Shown here: positions 51,454 through 64,000 of the stretch, in pieces
Layout of the letters: each line of letters begins with the position of its first letter
Numbering within the stretch: the stretch's first letter is position 1
Assembly: GCF_009914755.1 (NCBI RefSeq)
Contig: NC_060944.1
DNA length: 64,000 bases
From: the human T2T-CHM13v2.0 reference genome, Homo sapiens
Reading direction: 5' to 3' (one strand)
Position numbers and translations under genes: made by a program
Notes under the pieces: model-generated
Database searches by the model: none
What the model was told of the DNA's origin: nothing
Seen by the model: only the letters and a program-made list of their open reading frames with translations

Positions 51454-51654
51454 TTATCATTTTTGAACTGGGAAAAAGAGCAAAGAATCTTTAGGGTCAT
51501 CTTTGAAACTCACAGTTTGTTGGATAAAATGTAAACAATCTAGTAACTTGCGGCTTCTTAGGCAAATGTAATGTCCCTGTTCTTGTGTTTGTTCTGAGGA
51601 TTTTCCATTTAAAAAAAAATGAATGTTTGTGTACTGCTTATGATTTACCTGGCT

Positions 51655-51709
51655 GTGAAGTTTTAAATTGTCTAACTTAATGAGTGAAGCTTTAAATTGT
51701 CTAACTTAA
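51655..51709 (+). repeat. 29-bp-period tandem duplication (about 1.9 copies)
   Basis: GTGAAG(T/C)TTTAAATTGTCTAACTTAA repeated. Confidence 0.9.
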
Positions 51710-51814
51710 AAAACACATTTCAAAACGTTTCAGAGAGAATCATGCAGACTCATCTAGTCATCATCTGGTTGTGTTGACTAATGGCCAAATTTTCCATTTT
51801 TTCATTGCTGCCAG

Positions 51815-52290
51815 TTTCCATACACCTCTGCAATGTGATTTTGTAGCAAAAATTGATGTCTATGTCCACACCTATAAATTTACTTTATGATGTACTTTGT
51901 AAATGTAAACATGCAGTATAATACATTGGAAGCAATGAAGTGCCAGTTCTGAACCGAGGCCCAAATGGCTTTGTGTACTTCCATTCTTTTAGAGAACCTG
52001 CCATTGATGTGGACAAGTCTGCACTAGCCTCTGGAAGACGAAAAGGTCCAGGCATTAGAAAAGACCCCAAGCCATTCTACCTGTCCCAGCTGAGTCCCAC
52101 ACAGACCAGCCATCCCCCAGCTACACACAGGTTTACTGCAAGCATGCGAGTAAATCCAGTGAAGTTCAACAACACCCAGCCAAAATCAGCCAAATTGTCT
52201 AGTCTACTTCCAGATTTGTGAAAATAGTAAGTAGTGCTGATTTTAAGCAACCAAGTTTGGGAGTGATTTGTTACAAGATTATTATGACTA
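51815..52290. mobile_element. MLT1-type LTR
   Basis: gcaatgaagtgccagttctgaaccgaggcc...gagaacctgccattgatgtggacaagtctgcactagcct...gttttaagc/ccaagtttgggagtgatttgttaca-type end. Confidence 0.6.
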
Positions 52291-54339
52291 TAGAGGACTG
52301 CTATGCCAATGTTGTCATATTTTAACATTTTCAATGTTATTTCACCTTTCTAAAGAGAAAAGTGGACTTTGAGGCCATGATGAGATTAAGTTCCTTAGGA
52401 TTAGAGTCTTTTAAAGAGGGAAGGACATTAGAATTAGTCCTCAACTATAGACAGAGTTTTATGGCTGAGAAAATGGAGGCCTAGAGAGGGGAAACAAGTA
52501 CCATTGTATCACCCTGCCAGTCAGGAGCAGAACAGGACACAGGTCTCCTGTCTCCAAAGTCTTTGCAAGTCCTCAGTCCGTTCTTTCATGAATATGCTCT
52601 GAGTTTTGCTTGTCTGCCAACCAGCAAGTCTTTGAAAACATAGCTTTAAGAAAGGAGATTACAGTTACAGAGACCAATGCTTCCGACTTTACAATCTGAT
52701 TCTTCAGTTTCTAAAGGCCCTCTTGATTCTTTGTTAAAAGAAATCCCCACTTTGCCATTTGTCTTTTATGAAAAGATTAGTGGATAGCTTTTACCATCAC
52801 CATAGCACCGCTTACTTAATCAACCACTATGTTCTATTTGTAATTTGTCAAAGATGTTGGATGTTATAATAAAAAAAAAGTCTTGAACGTGGTGCATTTT
52901 CTACTCACCATTGAGTGAATTTCTTCCCTGGAGTGTGTTCACTTCCCTGGCAAGTTAGTGACTCAGCTTGTCTTCTTGCTTCTATTCTTTTTAAACTCTG
53001 GTGGTCACGCTTTACATCTCAGAGATTATAACATATTTTCACGTAAATTATCTGATTTGAATTTCCCAATAACCCATTTCCATCTCCATGAGAAAATTAA
53101 GGCTTAAGGCAGTTGTGTGGTTAGCACCAGGTCAAGTGGACTGGAAAGAGAAGGGCTATGCCAAGCTTCTCGATTTCTGTAGTCTGATTTTCTACTGATG
53201 ATGTCACTTTGCCAATTTACAGTCTGCACCTGTTGGGTTTGTTTAAGTGCCAGTCATGTCCAATTTTCCCCTTCTTGCTGAAATGCCCTGGTCCAAAGAC
53301 CCTTCCTAAGGAAGTAGCCCTGGGCTTTTCTTGGCAGAGAGGTTGTCCATGATGGATGATCTCAGGTCCAGAGCCCTTCTCTTTGCTGGGCCAGGATTTA
53401 AACTGAAAATATGAGGGAGAGAGGAATCTGTGAGTCTGAAGAATATGAAAGGAAAACCTAGAGAGAGATTATAGGCAACCCGTTGTTCTACTCTGTTCTT
53501 TGGCGCTTTCTGTTTCCAGTTCCAATCCATTCATGTCCTTAAACTCTGTTTTCCTTATGAGGACTTGAATTCAATTCACACAGTCACCTTTCCTTTGTAT
53601 GGCATTTTATTTTTTTAAAAAATAGTAGTGCCATTTCATAAACAAAATCAATCTGTTAAGGGACTTGCAATCAATTATTATTATTATCATTTCATGAGGA
53701 ATAAATATAGCTTTGAAAGGAGATTAAGTGACTTGCTTAAGGTCACACAACAATATAATAAAATTTAAGCTTAGTTCTCTCACTACTAAGTCCTAAGAAC
53801 TTTGGGATTAAAAAACATGATATGGAACATTTTTAGTAGGCTACATATAGTATGTCTCTCAATTTTCTTTACTGAAAAATCTGCAACAATCACCTCGGGG
53901 ATTACGTCAGAGGAGAATTTGGAGCCTCACAGAACTGCTCAAAAAATCCTGCTGCCAGCAGTTTGTTGATATTTCAAGGCAGGGTACATATCACGTCCCA
54001 CTCTCTATACCACACTGAGCTTTTGCCTTCTTGAAGGCTATTCAACAACACTCAACACTTTAGTTGCAAATCACAAAACCATCTTCCAAGTTTCACCTAA
54101 CAATGTCAAAGGCCCCATTGCCCCTATATTTCTCCAAAGGAAACATAGAGCCATAGAGCTTTCTTGTAAACACACAGTTGACAATTGCTCTGATAGTGCA
54201 GAATTCCTAAGGTGAATATATATATATATATTCAGTGGATGTTTATTTATATGCTGTATGTCATATTTATGAAATGCTCCATGAGATGTCAAATAAACTG
54301 GTATATGGTTCTTTGAACACTAAACATCCACTGTATATT

Positions 54340-54780
54340 TTTGATAAGGAGGAAAGTTATGGCCTTGAGATTGTGCCTTGCACACCTTTGACTATAGGGA
54401 GAGTCATTGACCAAGGATCTCAATTGCTGTAGACTGACATCCATCACCTTCTTTGCATTGAAGCTACTCTCCACGAATAACTGAGCATGGTAGGAATACT
54501 AAGGGAGGCCAGTTTCTGGAAGACATGGGGTTCCTCTGACAGCCAACTTTGGCTCAGGACCTCTTTGCCAAGCTTGCCAAACTTTCCTTAGATTACACAG
54601 TTGTCTTGGGTACTTCCATACAATCTTCCTTCTCTCTTTCTCTCCCTCATGGGATTCCAACCTGCATCTCAATCTAACAGTTCTCCCAGCCTTCCCTGAC
54701 TCACCCTGATTTTTCTCAAGACATTTTTTCTAATAAAATCTTTGCCTAGCTAATTGCACCTTGGTCTTCTTGGAGGAACT
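54340..54780. mobile_element. ERVL LTR (LTR16-like)
   Basis: gcatggtaggaatactaagggaggcca...aactttggctcaggac...taataaaatctttgcctagctaattgcaccttggtcttcttggagga. Confidence 0.55.
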
Positions 54781-55604
54781 GGCAGGAAGCAGATGAGTGT
54801 TATATGTTTAAGTCAGCAGCCACTATATGTATATATACTTTGATATAGCAACTTTGATACTAAAAATCAATTTTAAAAATTATTATAGACTCTGAAGATG
54901 GTTCTAGTCTTGGTCAGATACCAATAAGTGCCTGCTCTTCCCATATTTATCCTCAGATTACAAAGAATCCAAGAGCCTAGGCACAGCTGCTGACAGAGGC
55001 TGATACACCAAATCTGTACCATGCAAGTAGTGAGCAAGATAAGACAATGGAAGATGTGGTCCACTGAAGCATCTTGTCCAAAATGCTTTTGTATCATAGA
55101 AGTCTCTTTCTATACCTACGGCCTCAAGGAAAGCAGAAGTGACAGAGGCAGATTGTTTTAAATCCAACGCCCTGAGTAGAAATTTGGGCAGGAATACCTC
55201 ACCCACACCCAAAGGACAAAACTTCCTCCCCCTTCCTGCTGGTCTCAGCTGCTGATCCAAACTGAACAGAGAGGGAGCAGGGAAACCATTACTCTTCTTT
55301 TTTCTCACAGCTCTTGCCAAGATGGGAATTGATTCCAATTGTGTTCCAGAAAGAACACTGTCTATAACTCAGTTCACTTCAGCCTGATGCATTCCCAAAC
55401 CTTTATTAAGCAGCCCTATAAATGGCAGAGTATTAAATCCTGAAGCTTTCCTTCTTTATTTGCTTCAATCCAATGTAAAAGCAGCACTACTTGGCTTTCC
55501 CTTTTTTCCAATAATTTATTTATATTTTGCCTAATTCTATATTCTATCTAATCAGTTCCTGTTAGAGTAGATTGGATTGAAGCTATGCTGTAGACTTAAG
55601 CATC

Positions 55605-55882
55605 ATTTCCCAAATTTTAATAAGCATACTGAACTACTGAGGATCTTGTTAAAATACAGATTCTAGTTCCATAGGTCATTGGTTAGGGACTAAGTTCTTG
55701 CTTTCCTAACAAGTTGAGAGGGGACCAAATTGATGGTGTGAAGCTGAGGCCCTAAAGCCATGCTTCTCAAACTTTAGCATGCCTCAGAATCACCTGAAGA
55801 GGTTATTAAAAATAGATTCCTGGACCTCACACCAGAGATATTGATTCAGGAGTACTGGGGTGAAACTCAAGATTTTGCATTT
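55605..55882. mobile_element. MER5-type DNA transposon pieces; the second is split by the L1PA and resumes at 62157-62218
   Basis: atgcttctcaaactttagcatgcctcagaatcacctg...gattttgcattt, continued by gattttgcgtttctaataagctcccagatgatgccaatgct. Confidence 0.75.
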
Positions 55883-57879
55883 TTTTTGGTAATTGATGAG
55901 TTTAATTTAATAACTTGGAGGTTTATAAAATTTCTGTTATTTTACTTTAGGTTCTGGTATACATGTGCAGAATGTGCAGGTTTGTTACATAGGTATATGT
56001 GTGCCATGGTGGTGTGCTACACCTAATGACCTGTCCTCTAAGTTTCCTCCCATCACCCCCCAACCCCCAACAGCCCCTAATGTGTGATATTCCCTCTCTG
56101 TGTCCATGTTTTCTTATTGTTCAACTCCCACTTATGAGTGAGAGCATGCGGTATTTGGTTTTCTGTTCCTCTGTTAGTTTGCTGAGGATGATGGCTTCCA
56201 GCTTCATCCATGTCCCTGCAAAGAACATGATCTCATTCCTTTCTATGGCTGCATAGTATTCCATAGTGTATATGTGCCACATTTTCTTCATCCAGTCTAT
56301 TATTGATGGACATTTGGGTTGGTTCCATGTCTTTGTTATTGTAAATAGTGCTGCAATAAACATACCTGTGCATGTGTCTTTATAGTAGAATTATTTATAT
56401 TCCTTTGGGTATATATACAGTAATGGGATTGCTGGGTCAAATGGTATTCCTGGTTCTAGATTCTTAAGGAATTGCCATACGGTCTTCAACAATGGTTGAA
56501 CTAATTTACATTCCCACCAACAGTGTGAAAGCATTCCTATTTCTCCACAGCCTCACCAGGATCTATTGTTTCTTGACTTTTTAATAATCACCATTCTGAC
56601 TGGTGTGAGATGTTATCTCATGGTGGTTTTGATTTGCATTTCTCTGATGATCAGTGATGATGAGCTTTTTTGCATATGTTTGTTGCCCACATAAATGTCT
56701 TATTTTAAGAAGTGTCTGTTTATATCCTTTGCCCACTTTTTGATGGGGTTGTTTGTTTTTTTCTTGTAAATTTGTTTAAGTCCCTTGTAAATTCTGGATG
56801 TTAGACCTTTGTCAAATGGGTAGATTGCAAAAATTTTCTCCCATTCTGTAGGTTGCCTGTTCACTCTGATGATAGTTTCTTTTGCTGTACAGAAGCTCTT
56901 TAGTTTAATAGAATCTCATTTGCCAATTTTGACTTTGTTGCTATTGTTTTTGGTGTTTTTGTCATGAAGTCTCTGCCCATGCCTATGTCCTGAATGGTAT
57001 TGCCTAGGTTTTTTTCTAGGGTTTCTATGGTTTTGGGTTTTATATTTAAGTCTTTAATCCATCTTGAGTTAATTTTTGTAAAAGGTATAAGGAAGGGGTC
57101 CAGTTTCAGTTTTCTGCATATGGCTAGCCAGTTTTCCCAGCACCATTTACTGAATAGGAGATTCTTTCCCCATTGCTTGTTTTTGTCAGGTCGGTCGAAG
57201 ATCAGATGGTTGTAGATGTGTGGTGTTATTTCTGAGGTCTCTGTTCTGCTCCATTGGTCTATATGTCTGTTTTGGTACCAGTACCATGCTGTTTTGGTTA
57301 CTGTAACCCTGTAGTATAGTTTGAAGTCAGGTAGCATGATGTCTCCAGCTTTGTTCTTTTTGCTTAGGATTGTCTTGGCTATGTAGGGTCTTCTTTGACT
57401 CTATATAAAATTTAAAATAGTTTTTTCTAATTCTGTGAAGAATGTCAATGGTTGTTTGATGGGAATAACATTGAATCTATGAATTACTTGGGGCAGTATG
57501 ACCATTTTCATGATGTTGATTCTTCCTATCCATGAGGATGAAATGTTTTTCTATTTGTTTGTGTCCTCTCATTTCTTTGAGCAGTGGTTTGTAGTTCTCC
57601 TTGAAGAGGTCCTTATATCCCTTGTTAGCTGTATTCCAAGGTATTTTATTCTCTTTGTAGCAATTGTTAATGGGAGTTTATTCATGATTTCACTCTCTGC
57701 TTGTCTATTGTTGGTGTAAAGGAACACTTGTGATTTTTGCACATTGATATTGTATCCTGAGACATGCTGAAGTTGCTGATCAGTTTAATGAGTTGTTGAG
57801 TTGAGATGATGGGTTTTCTAAGTATAGAATCACGTCATCTGCAAACAGAGACAATTGGACTTCCTCTCTTCCTATTTGA

Positions 57880-58285
<406 letters not shown>

Positions 58286-60031
58286 TGTACTGGTTTTCAA
58301 AGGGAATGCTTCCAGCTTTTGCCCATTCAATATGATATTGGCTGTGTGTTTGTCATGAAGAGATTTTATTATTTTGAGATATGTTCCATCAATACCTAGT
58401 TTATTCAGAGTTTTTGACATGAAGGGATGTTGAATTTTATCAAAGGCCTTTTCTGCATCTATTGAGGTAATCATGTGGTTTTAGTCTTTCGTTTTGTTTA
58501 TGTTATGGATTACATTTCTTGTTTGCCTATGTTGAACCAGCCTTGCATCCCAGGGATGAAGCTGACTTGATCGTGGTAGATAAGTTTTTTGATGTGCTGC
58601 TGGATTTGGTTTGCCAGTATTTGATGATTTTTGCATCGATGTTCATCAGGGATATTGGCCTGAACTTTCCTTTTTGTGTCTCTTCCTGGTTTTGGTATCA
58701 GGATGATGGTGGCTTCACAAAATGAGTTAGGGAGGAGTCCCTCCTTTTCAATTGTTTGAAATAGTTTCAGAAAGAATGGTACCATCTTCTCACTGTAACT
58801 GGTAGAATTCAGCTGTGAATCTGTCTGGTCCTGGGCTTTTTTTGTTGGTAGGCTATCAATTAATGCCTCAAGTTCAGAACTTGTTATTGGTCTATTCAGG
58901 GACTTGACTTCTTCCTGGTTTCGTCTTGGGAGGGTGTAGGTGTCCAGGAATTTATCCATTTCTTCTAGATTTTCTAGTTTATTTGCATAGAGGTGTTTAT
59001 AGGATTCTCTGATGGTAGTTTGTATCTCTGTGGGGTTAGTGGTGATATCCCCTTTATCATTTTTTATTGTATCCATTTGATTATTCTCTATTTTCTTCTT
59101 TATTAGTCTAGCTAGTAGTTTATCCATTTTGTTAATTTAAAAAAAAAACAGCTCCTGGATTCATTGATTTTTTGGTGGGTTTTTCATGTCTCTATCTCCT
59201 TCAGTTCTTCTCTGATCTTAGTTATTTCTTGTCTTCTGCTAGCTTTTGTATTAGTTAGCACTTGCTTCTCCAGCCCTTTTAATTGTGATGTTAGCGTGTT
59301 GATTTGAGATCAATCTAGCTTTCTGATGTGGGCATTTAGTGCTATAAACTTCCCTCGTAACACTGCTTTAGCTGTGTCCCAGAGTTTCTGGTACATTTTC
59401 TCTTTGTTCTCATTGGTTTCTAAGAACTCCTTGAATTTTGCCTTAATTTCATTATTTACCCCAGAGTCATTCAGGAGCACATTGTTCAATTTCCATGTAA
59501 TTGTGTGGTTTTGAGTAAGGCTCTTAATCCTGAGTTCTAATTTGATTGCACTGTGGTCCGAGAGACTGTTTCTTATAATTACAGTTCTTTAGCATTTGCT
59601 GAGGAGTGTTTTACTTCCAATTATGTGGTCGATTTTAGAATAAGTGCCATGTGGCACTGAGAAGAATGTATATTCTGTTGATTTGAGGTGGGAAGTTCTG
59701 TAGATGTCTATTAGGTCCACTTGATCTAGAGCTGAGTTCAAGTCCTGAATATCCTTGTTAATTTTCTGTCTCCTTGGTCTGTCCAATATTGATAGTAGGG
59801 TGTTAAAGTCTCCCACTACTATTCTGTGGGAGTCTTAGTCTCTTTGTCGGTCTCTAAGAACTTGTTTTTTGAATCTGGGTGCTCCCGTATTGGGTGCATA
59901 TATATTTAGGATAGTAACTCTTCTTGTTGAATTAATTCCTTTACCGTTATGTAATGCCCTTCTTTGTCTTTTTTAATCTTTATTGGTTTAAAGTCTGTTT
60001 TGTCATAGGCTAGGTTTGAAATCTCTGGGGT

Positions 60032-60063
60032 TTTGTTGTTGCTGTTGTTGTTGTTGTTGTTGT
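60032..60063 (+). repeat. (TTG)n microsatellite expanded inside L1 ORF2 EN region
   Basis: ttgttgttgctgttgttgttgttgttgttgt. Confidence 0.85.
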
Positions 60064-60364
60064 TTGCCTTCCATGGTAAATATTCCTCCATCTCTTTGTT
60101 TTGAGCCTATGTGTGTCTTTGCATGTGAAATGGGTCTCCTGAATATATCACACCAATGGGTCTTGACTCTTTATCCAATTTGCCAGTCTGTGTCTTTTAC
60201 ATGGGGGATTTACCCCCATTTACATTTAAAGTTAGTATTGTTATGTGTGAATTTGATCCTGTCATCATGATGCTATCTGATCATTTTGCACACTAGTTGA
60301 TGCAGTTTCTTTATGATGTCATTGGTCTTTATATTTCGGTCTGTTTTTGCAGTGGCTGGTACTA

Positions 60365-60838
<474 letters not shown>

Positions 60839-62376
60839 TTAGTTTGATGGGCTTCCCTGTGTAGGTGACCCGGCCTTTCTCTCTGGCTGCTCTTAATCCT
60901 TTTTCCTTCATTTCGACCTTAGAGAATCTGATGATTATGTGCTTTGGGGTTGATCTTCTCATGGAGTATCTTAATGATGTTTTCTTTATTTCCTGAATTT
61001 GCATCTTGGCCTGTCTTGCTAGGTTAGGGAAGTTCTCCTGGATAATATCTTGAAGTATGTTTTCCAGCTTCCTTCCATTCTCTCCTTCTCCTTCAGGTAC
61101 TCAATCAATAGTAGGTTCAGTCTTTTTACTTAGTCCCATATTTCATAGAGGCTTTGTTCATTCCTTTTTGTTCTTTTCTCTCTAATCTTGTCTGCATGCC
61201 TTATTTCAGCAAGGTGGTCTTCAAACTCTGATATTCTTTGCTCCACTTCATGAATTTGGCTATGGATGCTTGTGTATGCTTCATGAAGTTCTTGTGCTGT
61301 GTTTTTCAGCTCCATCAGGTAATGTTTGCTTTGCTCTAAACTGGTTATTCCAGTTACCAGTTCCTCTAACTTTTTATCAAGGTTCTTGTCTTCTTTGCAT
61401 TGGGTTAGAACATGCTCCTTTAGCCCAGCAGAATTTTTTGTTACCCATCTTCTGAAGCCGACTTCTGTCAATTCATCCATTTCAACCTCCGTCCAGTTCT
61501 GCACCCTTGCTGGGGAGATGTTGCGATCATTTGGAGGAGAAGAGGCACTCTGGCCTTTTGGATTTTCAATGTTGTTTCATTGATTCTTTCTCATTTTGTT
61601 AAGTTTGTCTAGTTTCAACCTTGGAGGCTGCTGACCCTAAGATGGGGTTTTTGTGAGGGCTTTTTCTTGTTGATGATGATGCTGCTGTTGTTACTTTCTG
61701 TTTGTTTTTCTTTCAATGGTCAGATCCCTCTTCTGTAGGGCTGCTGCTGTTTGCTGGGCATTCACTTCAGGCCCTATTCATCTGGTTCGCTTCCGTGCCT
61801 GGAGATGTCACTCAAGGAGAAGGAGAATAGCAAAGATGGGTGCCTGCTCCTTCTTCTGGGACCTCTGACCTCAAGGGGCACCAACCTGATGCCAGTAAGA
61901 TCACTCACATATCGCGTATCTGATAACCCCTGTTGGAGGGTCTCACTCTGTTGGTGGCATGGGGAACAGGACCTGTTTTATGATGCACTTTGATTGTCCC
62001 TTGATGAAGGGGGTGTGCTTTGCTGGGGGGAAACCCACTCGTCTGGGCTGCCCAGACTCCTCAGAACTACCAGGAGGAAAGGCTAAGTCTGCTGGTCCAC
62101 AGAGACTGCAACCACCTCTCCTGCTAGGGGCTCAGGCCTAGGGAGATCAGAGTTCTGATTTTGCGTTTCTAATAAGCTCCCAGATGATGCCAATGCTTCT
62201 CATCCCTTTGAGTAGCAAAGATTTAGTGAACATATCTAATAGGGGTCCGTTAGTGAACTGATGAGAAAAGTGTCATAAACCCTAACTCTTTTTGTTATTG
62301 ATTTTATTTGCAGGGGAAAGTGGATTTGGAAAACCTGCTGAATATTTTTGCTTGAGGCAGAGTCTTTTTTTTCTCC

Positions 62377-62566
62377 TTTTTTTTTGAGACACTTATAGAC
62401 AGTGCCTCAAAAAAAAAAGTGGGGGGATCTTACCTTGTCTTTGTTGCTCACGCTGGAGTGCAGTGGTATGATCACAACCACAGCTTCGACCTCCTGGGCT
62501 CAAGCGATCCTTCCACCTCAGCTTCCCAAGTAGCTGGGACTACTGGCATGTGCCACCGCGCCAGGC

Positions 62567-62613
<47 letters not shown>

Positions 62614-62739
62614 TCTTGTAGAGATGGAGTCTCACTGTGTTGTCCAGGATGATCTCAAACTCCTGGGCTCAAATGATCCTCCCACTTCAGCCTCCCAAAG
62701 TGCTAAGAAGAATACAGTTGTGAGCCACCTTGCCAAGCC
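62377..62739 (-). mobile_element. AluJ with (TTTA)n expanded linker and a fold-back insertion at its 3' end
   Basis: ctcctgggctcaagcgatccttccacctcagc...(ttta)n...ctcaaactcctgggctcaaatgatcctcccac. Confidence 0.9.
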
Positions 62740-63269
62740 TTCTATTTTCAAATTGACCTTTGAATACAAGGAGAAATGTATGTGAATAGGGGCTATAAGT
62801 CTGGGAAGTAGATGAAAATCATGAAAGATGGGAAATAGCACAGGTTTTAAATCAGAGAACCCTGATTCACCGTAGCCGTTCTCCCCCAATTTTAACCTTT
62901 TTCATCATAAATAAGGCAACTTGCATTTTATCTCTGCTTTAGATCTGCATGTAAGGCTGCCAAGACACAAACATGGTACTCTAAATTTAAATATTGAAAG
63001 CTACCTGGCACTGGGACCATGGACATTTATCAGAATCAGGCCCCATTTCTGTGGAGACTGCATGTGAAACATTGGCTGACTGTACATCTCTGCATAATAC
63101 AATAGCTCCATATTCTCTTCATGTCCTGTGTGCTAGAAGGTGTAACTAGTCCATTAAACGATGGTCTTATATATATATCTTATGCCAACTTAATGAGCAG
63201 ATGAGAAAGTCGAAGCTGAGGATAACTGGGTCACAGGCCTATTTGTCCAAAACCTGTGCTTTAGATCTT

Positions 63270-63425
63270 TGCTACTGAAAGTGTGGCTGGTAAACCAGCA
63301 GCATCAGCGTCACCTAGGAGATAGTTAGAAATGCTAAATCTCAGGTTCCATGCCTGACCTACTTGATCAGATTCTGATTTTAACAAGATCCCAGGTGATC
63401 ACTGTGTATTTTAGAGCACTGCTTG
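63270..63425. mobile_element. MER5-type DNA transposon
   Basis: accagcagcatcagcgtcacctaggagatagttagaaatgctaaatctcagg...attttaacaagatcccaggtgat. Confidence 0.8.
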
Positions 63426-63790
63426 GGCACACTCTGACATATTGCCTCCTTACCAAGAAAGTATTTTTGCAGAGTCATTTTCTTTATTGGAAATACTTTA
63501 GCTCAGATCCAGTGAGACATCAAAGGCAGTCATTTTCATCACCAGCAAAGGGATGGTTTGATTGCTTTGGGAGGAGGACTGTTTGGCAGCACATCAGAGT
63601 TCAGGGGGAGCTACATGTGCTGACACAAGCAATCCCTGGCTCACTTGGGCTGGACTTGGGAACTGATGTGTAGCCATCATCCAAGAGTAAATTAGGTCAG
63701 ACAGCAGGGCTTGCTTTCCTAGGGCCGCTTTTTACTAAGGGTGAAGGCCCAACATCTGCAAGGGTCTTCAAGATGGTAGAGTTAGATTAA

Positions 63791-64000
<210 letters not shown>

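Overview
AT-rich primate genomic DNA (Alu, L1PA and MER/MLT repeats are present), intergenic or deep intronic. I find no intact protein-coding gene, RNA gene, CpG island or CRISPR array. The longer ORFs in the track are L1 ORF1/ORF2 remnants, Alu-derived, low-complexity or random. The only gene-derived sequence is a dead, full-length processed RPS11 pseudogene on the minus strand (~42989-43534). The rest is nested transposons: a ~6.3 kb minus-strand L1PA carrying two Alus and inserted into a MER5, several old L1M fragments, L2, MIR, an L3/CR1 relic, MaLR solo LTRs, a MER50-like ERV1 solo LTR and hAT DNA transposons. I see no novel biological system. The notable signals are DNA-repair and retrotransposition scars: a ~365 bp degenerate (TTAGGG)n-like array inside an L1, a 49-bp direct repeat 708 bp apart, a twin-primed inverted L1 with a 21-bp TSD, a probable short L1 3' transduction, a prematurely polyadenylated L1 mini-insertion and several fold-back or duplication scars. 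There are also a few candidate enhancers in repeat-free islands. Repeat subfamilies and most boundaries were assigned by eye from remembered consensus sequences and are approximate.
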